Shown in pieces: positions 21,302 through 29,561 of a DNA stretch of 64,000 bases; the stretch's first letter is position 1, and every line of letters begins with the position of its first letter. The notes under the pieces were generated by a model. It saw only the letters and a list, made by a program, of their open reading frames with translations, did no database searches and was not told the DNA's origin. Position numbers and translations under genes: made by a program. The DNA is from a virus (Duplodnaviria; Caudoviricetes), in the IMG/VR virus record IMGVR_UViG_3300040801_003690, positions 1,038-65,037 of that record; one strand, written 5' to 3'.

Positions 21302-21771
21302 TACCGCATTCCTTGTATTTTTTGATTAGTTAAAGTGGTACTTCTGCTAAGTGTGTGTAATTCGTCGAGCAGTGTTTGAACTTTTTTCGATGTTCTGGTG
21401 TTTCTGTTTTTCAAACGACGCTCGTATTGCGCCCTCTGTAGCACCCAATATAAAAATTCTTCTAAATAAGCGGTCATAAACAGATCTTTAGGAATTTTAT
21501 TAAGTGTTCCTGTTTTCAAATCCAATCCTTCGCCGTTGATCAAAACAACCGTGTTTTTGCTTAAAAACTTATCAGAATATTCTTTTTTGTGATCGAAATC
21601 AACCAAAACGATAGACACGTCGCCTCTTTTCGTATCAATTTTCTCGACATCATCTACCACAATAATATTAAAAAAATCCGAGGATAGTTTTTTGACTCTA
21701 TCAATTATGTATTGGTCGGACTTGGAACAGTAGATATCGATCATGTCTGGGTATGTATATTTGAATGGCAT
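21301..21771 (-). CDS. Hypothetical protein, possibly degenerate receiver-like domain + coiled coil
   Basis: 'IIVVDD' and 'IVLVDFD' strands; late motif at 21815-21822; AGGA SD. Confidence 0.5.
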   Translation of the reverse strand: MPFKYTYPDMIDIYCSKSDQYIIDRVKKLSSDFFNIIVVDDVEKIDTKRGDVSIVLVDFDHKKEYSDKFLSKNTVVLINGEGLDLKTGTLNKIPKDLFMTAYLEEFLYWVLQRAQYERRLKNRNTRTSKKVQTLLDELHTLSRSTTLTNQKIQGMR

Positions 21772-21831
21772 AGGGTTATCCTGCTAATTTAGAAAAAGCT
21801 TAACTATTTGTATATATTTATCATGGAAACT

Positions 21832-21864
21832 AAAAAATGGCCTGTACGATCACAGGCCATTTTT
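21832..21864. terminator. Intrinsic terminator downstream of clpP (bidirectional form)
   Basis: AAAAATGGCCTGT-ACGATC-ACAGGCCATTTTT. Confidence 0.85.
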
Positions 21865-21882
21865 ATATACCCCCATCTGTTA

Positions 21883-22482
21883 TTAAGATTTACGTTCCGA
21901 CCATATCTCGTCTACTAAACCAAATTCAAGGGCTTTTGTCGCACCCATAAAATTGTCTCTGTCCATTGCAGCTTCAAGTTCTTGGTAGGTTTTGCCTGCA
22001 CTATTGTGCTTTATGTAAATCTGGATCAATCTTTCTTTTAATGCATTCATTTCTTCGACATGAATGAGGGCGTCGCTTACTTGACCATGAAATCCACCCA
22101 AGGGTTGATGGATCATCACACGGGCTTCTGGCAGAATAAAGCGTTTGCCAGCCGCACCGGCCTGTGCCAAAACCGAACCCATACTACACGCTTGTCCAAC
22201 TACATATGTAGCAACGTCGGGCTTGATAAACTGCATTGTATCATATATTGCCATTCCTGATGTAATTACGCCGCCGGGACTATTGATATATACATGAACA
22301 TCTGCGTCGGGGTTTTCTGATTCCAAAAACAGTAATTGGGCAACAACCAAATTAGCCATGTTGTCTTCAATTTCGCCATTTAAAAAAATAATGCGCTCTT
22401 TGAGTAGCCGAGAAAAAATATCATATGATCTTTCTCCACGACTAGACTGTTCTACAACAACGGGTACTAAAGTATTATTCAT
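21883..22482 (-). CDS. clpP: ATP-dependent Clp protease proteolytic subunit ClpP
   Basis: [49 protein letters not shown]; start moved to ATG 22482 behind GGAGA SD. Confidence 0.97.
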   Translation of the reverse strand: MNNTLVPVVVEQSSRGERSYDIFSRLLKERIIFLNGEIEDNMANLVVAQLLFLESENPDADVHVYINSPGGVITSGMAIYDTMQFIKPDVATYVVGQACSMGSVLAQAGAAGKRFILPEARVMIHQPLGGFHGQVSDALIHVEEMNALKERLIQIYIKHNSAGKTYQELEAAMDRDNFMGATKALEFGLVDEIWSERKS

Positions 22483-22507
22483 TAAATTCTCCATATTTGG
22501 GATAAAT

Positions 22508-22536
22508 AGTATATAACAAGAATTATCAATTGTCAA
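22508..22536 (-). promoter_or_regulatory. Sigma70-type promoter for clpP
   Basis: TTGACA-17 bp-TATACT. Confidence 0.8.
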
Positions 22537-22543
22537 GGTTATT

Positions 22544-22930
22544 ATGCGATTATTTGAATTTTACGGAAAAAATACCTACACGACAGCCGACGACTTTTTC
22601 AAAACACAAGAAGAGGTGGAGAAAACATTTAATTATGAGGCTTATCGCGCACAGGAAGACCAAGCAAGATATTATGTTCAAAACAATATGATTGGCAACG
22701 TTCCTGTGTTTGAAAAGCCGCACAAAAACCCTGACGAAGAAAACTGGTCAAACCAGCCGAACGAAAACAATGTAGAATCCGCAGGATATAGGGGACTACA
22801 AAATGTGTTACGCCGATCAGGACACGAATATGACAAATCTGTGGATCATGAGGATCCACATGCGAACCCAATCTTATCCAAGGAAGAACAGGACTTGATC
22901 AAGGATGCTCAGCGAAGGCTAACTAGATAA
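22544..22930 (+). CDS. Late-expressed hypothetical protein, possible internal head protein (128 aa)
   Basis: GATAAATA at 22501-22508 on + strand, AAGG SD, 'MRLFEF' N-terminus, terminator right after stop. Confidence 0.7.
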   Translation: MRLFEFYGKNTYTTADDFFKTQEEVEKTFNYEAYRAQEDQARYYVQNNMIGNVPVFEKPHKNPDEENWSNQPNENNVESAGYRGLQNVLRRSGHEYDKSVDHEDPHANPILSKEEQDLIKDAQRRLTR

Positions 22931-22955
22931 AAAAGGGGCATAAAGCCCCTTTTTT
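22929..22955. terminator. Bidirectional intrinsic terminator
   Basis: AAAAAAGGGGC-ATAAA-GCCCCTTTTTT between convergent genes. Confidence 0.9.
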
Positions 22956-24819
22956 ATTTTTCCTCAAATTCAGCATCAACAACATCGTCATCTACAGAAA
23001 CATCTCCCTCTATGTTCATATTTTTAAACAAAGGGGCAGCATGTTCTGACAAAGCGGCCATGTATTTGTTTATTGCCTCTTTGTCGTCGCCTTGCAGGGC
23101 CTTTTCTAGATCCTCAATGGATGTCTGAATGGCTTCTCTTTCTTCATCAGAAACAGCGTCCTTGGCCTCGTTAAGTTGCGTCTTGATGCTGTGCACTAAT
23201 CCATCTCCGGTGTTCCTAAGTTTAACCAACTCTTCGAATTTTTTATCTTCTTCGCTATACATTTCTGCCTCACGAATAATTTTCTCGATCTCTTCGTCGC
23301 TTAACCCAGACCCAGCTTTGATTTCAATTGCTTGTTCTTGGTTGGTTTGCTTGTCAGTTGCGCTGACTTTAATGATTCCGTTAGCATCGATATCAAATTT
23401 AACTTCTATCTGTGGAATTCCACGAGGGGCGGGTTGTATGCCTGTTAAATCAAACCTCCCCAGTGATTTGTTTTCCAAAGCCTGTGGCCTTTCCCCCTGC
23501 AAAACATGAACCGTAACTGCAGGTTGGTTATCTTCTGCCGTTGAAAATATTTGGGTGGCAGATGTCGGGATTGTAGTATTTTTTTCGATAAGCTTAGTCA
23601 TGACCCCGCCCAAAGTTTCTATCCCCAAAGACAGTGGGGTGACATCGAGCAGCAGAACATCCTTGACGCTCCCACTCAAAACACCGGCCTGTATACTAGC
23701 ACCTATTGCAACCGCCTCGTCCGGATTCACTCCTTTGTGTGGAGTTTTACCAAAAATTTTCTCCACTGTCTCTTGAACGAGAGGCATGCGAGTTTGTCCT
23801 CCAACTAACAACACATCGTCAATTTCGGGGGCGGTCAATCCAGCGTCCTGTAGTGCAATTTTACATGGCTCAACCGATCTATCCACGAACTTTTTAACTA
23901 GCGATTCTAGTTTTTTTCTAGTTATACGGACCAACAGATGTTTTGGACCAGTATCTGTTGCAGTTATATAAGGTAGATTAACCTCGGTTTGCATTGTCGA
24001 TGACAGTTCAATTTTGGCAATTTGTGCCGCTTCCTTGAGTCTTTGCAAGGCCAACGAATCCTTCGACAAATCGATGGCTTCTGCGTTTTTAAATTCAGAT
24101 ACCAAATAATCTACAATCGCATTATCAAAGTCTTCGCCTCCAAGAAAAGTATCACCATTGGTAGAAAGAACCTCGTATTGATAATCGCCATCTATTTCAC
24201 TAATTTCTATTATAGAAACATCGAATGTCCCGCCGCCCATATCATAAACTGCAACCTTACGTTCACCTTTTTGCTTATCCATGCCATATGCTAACGCCGC
24301 AGCAGTTGGCTCATTGATAATACGCAATACCTCCAAACCAGCAATTTTACCAGCATCTTTGGTTGCCTGTCGTTGCGAATCATTAAAATAAGCGGGTACA
24401 GTAATTACTGCTTTAGTAACTTCTTCGCCCAAATAATCTTCCGCCGTTTTTTTCATTTTTTTAAGTATAATGGCCGACACTTCTTCTGGAGAAAGTTTTT
24501 TATCATCCACCTTAACCCAGACATCACCATTCTGCGATTCAATCAACTCATAAGGAAACAATTCTTTCTCTTTTTGTGATTCGGCATCAGTAAACTTACG
24601 ACCAATAAGTCTTTTTATCGCGAACAGCGTATTTTTGGGGTTCGTTACTGCTTGCCTTGCTGCAGATTTCCCAACCAACGTATCATTTTCAGTAAATGCA
24701 ACTATAGAAGGAGTCGTCCGATCTCCTTCAGCATTTTCAATAACTTTGGGTTTATCACCATCGATGATGGCTATGCAAGAATTTGTAGTACCTAAATCTA
24801 TACCAATACATTTGCTCAT
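22954..24819 (-). CDS. dnaK: Chaperone DnaK (Hsp70)
   Basis: [39 protein letters not shown]-terminal DAEFEE. Confidence 0.98.
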   Translation of the reverse strand: MSKCIGIDLGTTNSCIAIIDGDKPKVIENAEGDRTTPSIVAFTENDTLVGKSAARQAVTNPKNTLFAIKRLIGRKFTDAESQKEKELFPYELIESQNGDVWVKVDDKKLSPEEVSAIILKKMKKTAEDYLGEEVTKAVITVPAYFNDSQRQATKDAGKIAGLEVLRIINEPTAAALAYGMDKQKGERKVAVYDMGGGTFDVSIIEISEIDGDYQYEVLSTNGDTFLGGEDFDNAIVDYLVSEFKNAEAIDLSKDSLALQRLKEAAQIAKIELSSTMQTEVNLPYITATDTGPKHLLVRITRKKLESLVKKFVDRSVEPCKIALQDAGLTAPEIDDVLLVGGQTRMPLVQETVEKIFGKTPHKGVNPDEAVAIGASIQAGVLSGSVKDVLLLDVTPLSLGIETLGGVMTKLIEKNTTIPTSATQIFSTAEDNQPAVTVHVLQGERPQALENKSLGRFDLTGIQPAPRGIPQIEVKFDIDANGIIKVSATDKQTNQEQAIEIKAGSGLSDEEIEKIIREAEMYSEEDKKFEELVKLRNTGDGLVHSIKTQLNEAKDAVSDEEREAIQTSIEDLEKALQGDDKEAINKYMAALSEHAAPLFKNMNIEGDVSVDDDVVDAEFEEK

Positions 24820-24898
24820 AATTTTACTCCTTTATTCAAAGCAAGTTTTAAATGATTAACCCGCACCATGCAGCATTAACCGTGAGTTATTTATCTAC
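24820..24898 (-). promoter_or_regulatory. dnaK leader: late motif + 5' hairpin + ROSE-like SD-sequestering hairpin
   Basis: GATAAATA; GGUUAAU-G-CUGCA/UGCGG-GUUAAUC; ACUUGCUUU pairing with AAAGGAGU. Confidence 0.72.
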
Positions 24899-24902
24899 GA
24901 TA

Positions 24903-25688
24903 TTAAAATTTATCGCTTAAATAATTTAAGACCGTTTCAGAAAAATCCAAATCATATTCAATCGATTCTGGATCAAATCGGGTTATATTATTTATCGCCC
25001 ATTTCCAATATGACAACGGAACGTCTTCGATTTTTTCGCCCTTGTGTTTACCAAAAGGCATAATTTCAATTTTAACAGGGGCTTTCAGCCATTCCTTGAT
25101 CTGAGAATAATAATCTTTATTCGTGTCTATTATGCCTCTGGATTCCATTTCATCCAATAACACTTCTAATACCAATCCAGTCAAGTAAGAATCATACCCA
25201 GCTCGGTGTGGATTTAAATTAGCATCATATTCTAATTCTAACCGATAAAATAAATATTGTAAATTTAATTGTGTAAAACTGGGATCGTTGACAAATAATT
25301 TTTTAGCTACACGTAAAGTGCAAAACCATCTATCCTCTGTCCCCCGATACACATCGTCGGATACATAATTTTTCAACATACGCAAGTCAAACGGAGCGTT
25401 GTGTGAACACATAATATCACGCTTGCTTTGGGTAAACGGATACCATAGCTCCGCCACAAACATGGGATAATCCTTAATTTTTTTCTTAGTTAAATGATTA
25501 CATGCTGATGTTTCTGGATCTATTTTATCCAATGAACAATCATGCAATTCTTCTGATAAAATTACCCACTGGCCGTTTTCATAACCAACCGATGCTTGTT
25601 CTATAATTTCAGCGGATTCGGGGTCAAGGGCAGTTGTTTCAAAATCCAAACATATTAAGGAATTCAAAAATTCTTCTCGTTTTGTCAT
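24903..25688 (-). CDS. DEDDh 3'-5' exonuclease (ExoX/DnaQ-like) with C-terminal MPFGKHKG domain
   Basis: DFETT, HNAPFD, HRA.YD motifs. Confidence 0.9.
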   Translation of the reverse strand: MTKREEFLNSLICLDFETTALDPESAEIIEQASVGYENGQWVILSEELHDCSLDKIDPETSACNHLTKKKIKDYPMFVAELWYPFTQSKRDIMCSHNAPFDLRMLKNYVSDDVYRGTEDRWFCTLRVAKKLFVNDPSFTQLNLQYLFYRLELEYDANLNPHRAGYDSYLTGLVLEVLLDEMESRGIIDTNKDYYSQIKEWLKAPVKIEIMPFGKHKGEKIEDVPLSYWKWAINNITRFDPESIEYDLDFSETVLNYLSDKF

Positions 25689-25696
25689 AGTATAAT

Positions 25697-25725
25697 ATTA
25701 TACTACCAAAATCGATTTAAGTCAA
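25697..25725 (-). promoter_or_regulatory. Sigma70-type promoter, near-leaderless
   Basis: TTGACT-17 bp-TATAAT, 8 nt before ATG. Confidence 0.8.
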
Positions 25726-25733
25726 GTAAAGTA

Positions 25734-26510
25734 TTACTTTTGTTGAAGTTTTGCTAGCAACGCACCTTGTTCGTCACTGCTCATAGCTAAAAATGTTCCT
25801 CGACTGACCGGTCTCTTGCCCCCATTATACTTGTCACAAACGGCAATATATTTGTCGCATTTTTGAACATCTGATTCCCCGTCGCTGGGCGGCTCCTCAG
25901 TAAGAACTTCGTCATCGTCTACATTCGCGCTCAACCTAGCGTGTATTCTACGTATACCTTCATCTGAAATTTTATACAAAGATTCTCGACTATAGTTAGA
26001 CGAAATGATACCAGATTCTTGCCAATCCATTATATCTGCAATCATCAACGATATATCTTCTTCTCCAGAAACATCCAGATCATAATAATCATCTTCAGAA
26101 TTATTGTTAAGAAAATTTGGTACAATCAAATCGTCGGCTGTTTCAAAATCATCGCTCGGAAATTCCAGTTCATCTTCTTCCCGCAATAATTCAATATCTG
26201 AAACATGCAATAACAAAGAGGCTGCTCCATTCCGAACCACACTAACAAATTCTCCGGTTATGCTCTCTACTATTCCAGATCCTCCACCAGCAAACGAAGA
26301 TATTAAAACAGAATCACCAGCTTTGTATTTGTTATCATATATTTTAGTATTGGTGGTTGTCGTGCTAAAATTTTCCGGGAAACATTCGTCGCACGTATAA
26401 AGCTTACACCCACATGGCTTTTTCGTAGCTGGCTTGGCCTCATCAAGTTCTTTTATTGTTTTGGCGGCTTCGGGCGAAGCTACCAAATCCATCCATTTGC
26501 GAATATTCAT
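25734..26510 (-). CDS. Late acidic hypothetical protein, possible head protein (258 aa)
   Basis: Late motif at 26540-26547; AGGA SD; CxC...CxxC cluster. Confidence 0.65.
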   Translation of the reverse strand: MNIRKWMDLVASPEAAKTIKELDEAKPATKKPCGCKLYTCDECFPENFSTTTTNTKIYDNKYKAGDSVLISSFAGGGSGIVESITGEFVSVVRNGAASLLLHVSDIELLREEDELEFPSDDFETADDLIVPNFLNNNSEDDYYDLDVSGEEDISLMIADIMDWQESGIISSNYSRESLYKISDEGIRRIHARLSANVDDDEVLTEEPPSDGESDVQKCDKYIAVCDKYNGGKRPVSRGTFLAMSSDEQGALLAKLQQK

Positions 26511-26567
26511 ACGATAGTATCCTATAAACTAGTTTACTATATTTATCAATTACTATTAAAATAAGAA

Positions 26568-26903
26568 TCAATATGGTATAAGATCACCGGCCTTTATATC
26601 AAACATATCTGGATTATCGTAAGAGCCGTCTTCAAGTTTATACATGATGTTGGCTACATTATCAGCCAATTCGGCACGATTCATGGCTTCGTACGATGAT
26701 TCTAACGGAATGACCATTAAATTTACCTTTTGCCACTCACCTGTGGTTTTTTCCAACAGTTCCTTGAACATTTCAGCAGAAGATTCAGCGGAAGTGCTTT
26801 CCAACACTATGCAAGTGTAATCCCCATTTTTATCTACCCAGCCAATAATAGCTGGAAACGCTTTAGTCATCATATGGCTCATCCTCATCGTCTTCTTCTT
26901 CAT
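26568..26903 (-). CDS. Hypothetical protein
   Basis: ORF in operon order; start uncertain. Confidence 0.55.
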   Translation of the reverse strand: MKKKTMRMSHMMTKAFPAIIGWVDKNGDYTCIVLESTSAESSAEMFKELLEKTTGEWQKVNLMVIPLESSYEAMNRAELADNVANIMYKLEDGSYDNPDMFDIKAGDLIPY

Positions 26904-27117
26904 CAGAATGTATTACCGACAAGTCCATGTCTTCGAAAAAGTCTTCCAACCAATCGCAATCTTCATCTTCATCTTGTACAAAATCCGCATCAGTTGGTGT
27001 TTCAAACACAATCTTCCTGTGGTGGTCACACCACGGATGATCAATCTTTGTAGAGGCACCACACATGTGGCCATCGTTGTCTATCCACTGACACGTGGTA
27101 GGAATGAAATCTAACAT
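26863..27117 (-). CDS. Small Cys/His protein resembling the GcrA C-terminal domain, acidic tail
   Basis: TCQWI...CG......PWCDHHRKIVF; GGGAGAG SD before ATG 27117. Confidence 0.55.
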   Translation of the reverse strand: MLDFIPTTCQWIDNDGHMCGASTKIDHPWCDHHRKIVFETPTDADFVQDEDEDCDWLEDFFEDMDLSVIHSDEEEDDEDEPYDD

Positions 27118-27166
27118 ATATTGTTCTCTCCCAGTTATAGTTATCAAAAAATGTCACGAAATATGA

Positions 27167-27484
27167 CTATACGGCTTCCTCAAGAGTTACTTTTAATGGA
27201 AATCCATTTGCAGCTGCTGCGTTGATTACTTCTTCTGCCTTGAATTCCGCAATTTCGAAGGTATAACTACCAGCTACGCCCTTTCCGGAAGTATGAATAT
27301 ATAATGTTATTTCCAATGCATCATCGACTGTCTTTTCGAAAATTTCTAGCAAAACAGACACAACGAAATCAAAAGTAGTAACATCATCGTTGTGCAAGAT
27401 AACATTGTATATCTTTGGCACATCAATTCCGATTTCTTCGAAAATGTCTGTCGAAACGTCGGGGGTGGATATTGCACTGTTCAT
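27167..27484 (-). CDS. clpS: Clp protease adaptor ClpS
   Basis: YNVILHNDDVTTFDFVV, IHTSGKGVAG.Y..EIAE.K, FPL; start moved to ATG 27484. Confidence 0.95.
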   Translation of the reverse strand: MNSAISTPDVSTDIFEEIGIDVPKIYNVILHNDDVTTFDFVVSVLLEIFEKTVDDALEITLYIHTSGKGVAGSYTFEIAEFKAEEVINAAAANGFPLKVTLEEAV

Positions 27485-27488
27485 AATA

Positions 27489-27551
27489 AGAATACCGTGG
27501 GTTGTTTTAATCGTTATCGCTATTAAAACATAACCCACGGTATTCTGTCAA
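27489..27551 (-). promoter_or_regulatory. Inverted repeat overlapping putative clpS promoter
   Basis: AGAATACCGTGGGTT / AACCCACGGTATTCT perfect 15-bp arms plus 8-bp inner stem; TTGACA-18 bp-TTTAAT. Confidence 0.65.
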
Positions 27552-27554
27552 GTG

Positions 27555-27983
27555 TTATTTGACTTCAATTTGCCTTGGTTTTTCTTCTTCGGGGATAATC
27601 TTTGCAATTTCAACCAAAAGTAAGCCATCTTTCATCTCTGCGGACTGTACTTCTAGTTTATTTGCCAGTTTTAATCTCCTAGAGAAATTTCGTGAGGAAA
27701 TGCCCCTATGAAGATATGTGCTGTCTTCGTTCGTTTCTGTCGTTTTCGTGCCACTGACAATCAACGAAGCTCCCTCTTGAACTACACTGATGTTATCGGG
27801 CGACCATCCCGCTAAAGCAAATTCCACTATGTACGTGGAATCATCTATGACCCGCACGTTATGCGGAGGATAACCGTCTGGAATGCTCGTGTTCATCGCT
27901 TCATGAAGAAGCTTGTCCATACCTACCCATGCTGGGCCTATACTATTTAAGAGACGCGAAACCGTCATGCTGTTTTCATTCAT
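27555..27983 (-). CDS. Small heat shock protein Hsp20 (IbpA-like)
   Basis: YPPHNV, EFALAGW, YLHRGISSRNFSR, DGLL, PEEEKPRQIEV; start moved to ATG 27983. Confidence 0.95.
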   Translation of the reverse strand: MNENSMTVSRLLNSIGPAWVGMDKLLHEAMNTSIPDGYPPHNVRVIDDSTYIVEFALAGWSPDNISVVQEGASLIVSGTKTTETNEDSTYLHRGISSRNFSRRLKLANKLEVQSAEMKDGLLLVEIAKIIPEEEKPRQIEVK

Positions 27984-28064
27984 GATATTTACTCCTTTAA
28001 TATAAAAGCAAGTTATATAAACAAACCCCGCCCTATGCGGCAATTTGTATCTTTATTTATCTAC
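27984..28064 (-). promoter_or_regulatory. hsp20 leader: late motif + 5' hairpin + ROSE-like hairpin
   Basis: GATAAATA; ACAAAUU-G-CCGC/GCGG-GGUUUGU; ACUUGCUUU pairing with AAAGGAGU. Confidence 0.78.
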
Positions 28065-28078
28065 TTAATAAAAAAATA

Positions 28079-28333
28079 TTAAATAGATAAATTGGTATTG
28101 GCTTTTTTCTTAAGCCAACGTTTACGAGCCAACTGAGATTCTCGCTTACGCTTTGCTGTTGGCTTCTCGTAATGACTGGATTCCTTGACTAACCTAAGCC
28201 TCCCATCGTCTTGAACTTTTTTATTAAAAATTCGTAAGGCTTTGTTTAAATTATTGTCCCTAACTTCCACTGATATTCCCTTAACCCTGATTGGTGGAGT
28301 GTGTTTTTGTGTGTCAGATTTTCTAAAGTTCAT
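28079..28333 (-). CDS. rpsU: Ribosomal protein bS21
   Basis: VEVRDNNLNKALRIF.KKV...HYEKPTAKRKR. Confidence 0.88.
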   Translation of the reverse strand: MNFRKSDTQKHTPPIRVKGISVEVRDNNLNKALRIFNKKVQDDGRLRLVKESSHYEKPTAKRKRESQLARKRWLKKKANTNLSI

Positions 28334-28340
28334 ATGTTAT

Positions 28341-29561
28341 TCATTTCTCGCCGTTAATTTGTTTTTTCTGAACCACTTCCAACATGCCAGCGTCATCAAT
28401 ATAAATAGACTCTATGCCGTCTTTAGACATTTGTGGGAGTCGGTACTGTACTCCTAGCAAAGTTTCCTCTAACTTTGCTCTAAGCCCTCTGGCACCAATT
28501 TTTTGTTTAGCACATTCGGAAGCTATTTTATTTATATATTTTTCACTAAAGTTAATTATAACATCATCTAACTCAAAAAGCAACTTATATTGATCGATTA
28601 AGTTATTTTTTGGTTCTTTTAAAATCCTAATTAAATCTTTTTCAGAAAGTTCGCTCAGTGATGTAAATACAGGGAATCTTCCTACAAACTCCGGAATCAA
28701 CCCATAATCAATTAGATGTTGAGGTTTGGTTAGACTCAGTATGTCAGAAACCTCAGACGACACCAGCGAAGCAAAACCAATTTGACTGGCTCCTCCAATG
28801 TCGCGACTGATAATCTTGTCTAAGCCAACAAAGGCCCCTCCACAAATAAACAAAACGTTAGATGTGTCAAAATCCACTATTTCGGAGGATCCTCGTGACC
28901 CACTGCTTGAACGCAGGGGAACCTTAAGCACTGTTCCTTCTATCATTTTCAATAAACTTTGCTGTACGCCCTCTCCCGAGACATCACGGGAAGCGGAATT
29001 AGTAACAGATCGTGAAGCTTTTTTGTCTATTTCATCAATATAAATTATCCCTGTTTGTGCTTTTTCTATATCTCCTTCAGCACTATATATAAGCCGTTCA
29101 ATTATACTCTCGACGTCTTCACCTACATAACCAGCCTCAGTCAGACTGGTAGCATCAGCGATTGCCATGGGCATATCGAGATATTGGGCAATAATTTTTA
29201 CCATATATGTTTTGCCGACTCCGCTGGGTCCAACCATCAACACATTTGATTTATCTATTGTTCGATCTCCGACCCCCAACAACTTAATGGTTTTTATGTG
29301 GTTATACACGGCAACCGACAACACTTCCTTTGAATGGGACTGTGATATGACGTATTGGTCTAGGTATTCTTTTATTTTATTTGGGTATACTTTTGCTACT
29401 TCGGCCCTCGACTGTTCGGCGAATTCTTCTTCTACGATCTTAGAACATACCTCAATGCATTCGTTGCAGATATATGCAGGCTCATGTGTGGGGCTTTTGG
29501 GGCTAGAAATTAGTCTAGTAACATCTTTTTGTGATTTATGACAAAACGAACATATGATCAT
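28341..29561 (-). CDS. clpX: ATP-dependent Clp protease ATP-binding subunit ClpX
   Basis: CSFC...CNEC zinc finger, GPSGVGKT, EAGYVGEDVE, RDVSGEGVQQ, IGF loop, GARGLR. Confidence 0.96.
   Translation of the reverse strand: MIICSFCHKSQKDVTRLISSPKSPTHEPAYICNECIEVCSKIVEEEFAEQSRAEVAKVYPNKIKEYLDQYVISQSHSKEVLSVAVYNHIKTIKLLGVGDRTIDKSNVLMVGPSGVGKTYMVKIIAQYLDMPMAIADATSLTEAGYVGEDVESIIERLIYSAEGDIEKAQTGIIYIDEIDKKASRSVTNSASRDVSGEGVQQSLLKMIEGTVLKVPLRSSSGSRGSSEIVDFDTSNVLFICGGAFVGLDKIISRDIGGASQIGFASLVSSEVSDILSLTKPQHLIDYGLIPEFVGRFPVFTSLSELSEKDLIRILKEPKNNLIDQYKLLFELDDVIINFSEKYINKIASECAKQKIGARGLRAKLEETLLGVQYRLPQMSKDGIESIYIDDAGMLEVVQKKQINGEK

Noticed and set aside
27489-27546. CIRCE (HrcA) operator near heat-shock genes
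   Set aside because: Arms do not match TTAGCACTC-N9-GAGTGCTAA.
7525-29561. Chaperone and Clp genes as bacterial chromosome contamination
   Set aside because: They are interleaved with T4-like genes, share the phage late motif, and lack bacterial operon order (no grpE-dnaK-dnaJ, tig-clpP-clpX-lon or adjacent clpS-clpA).
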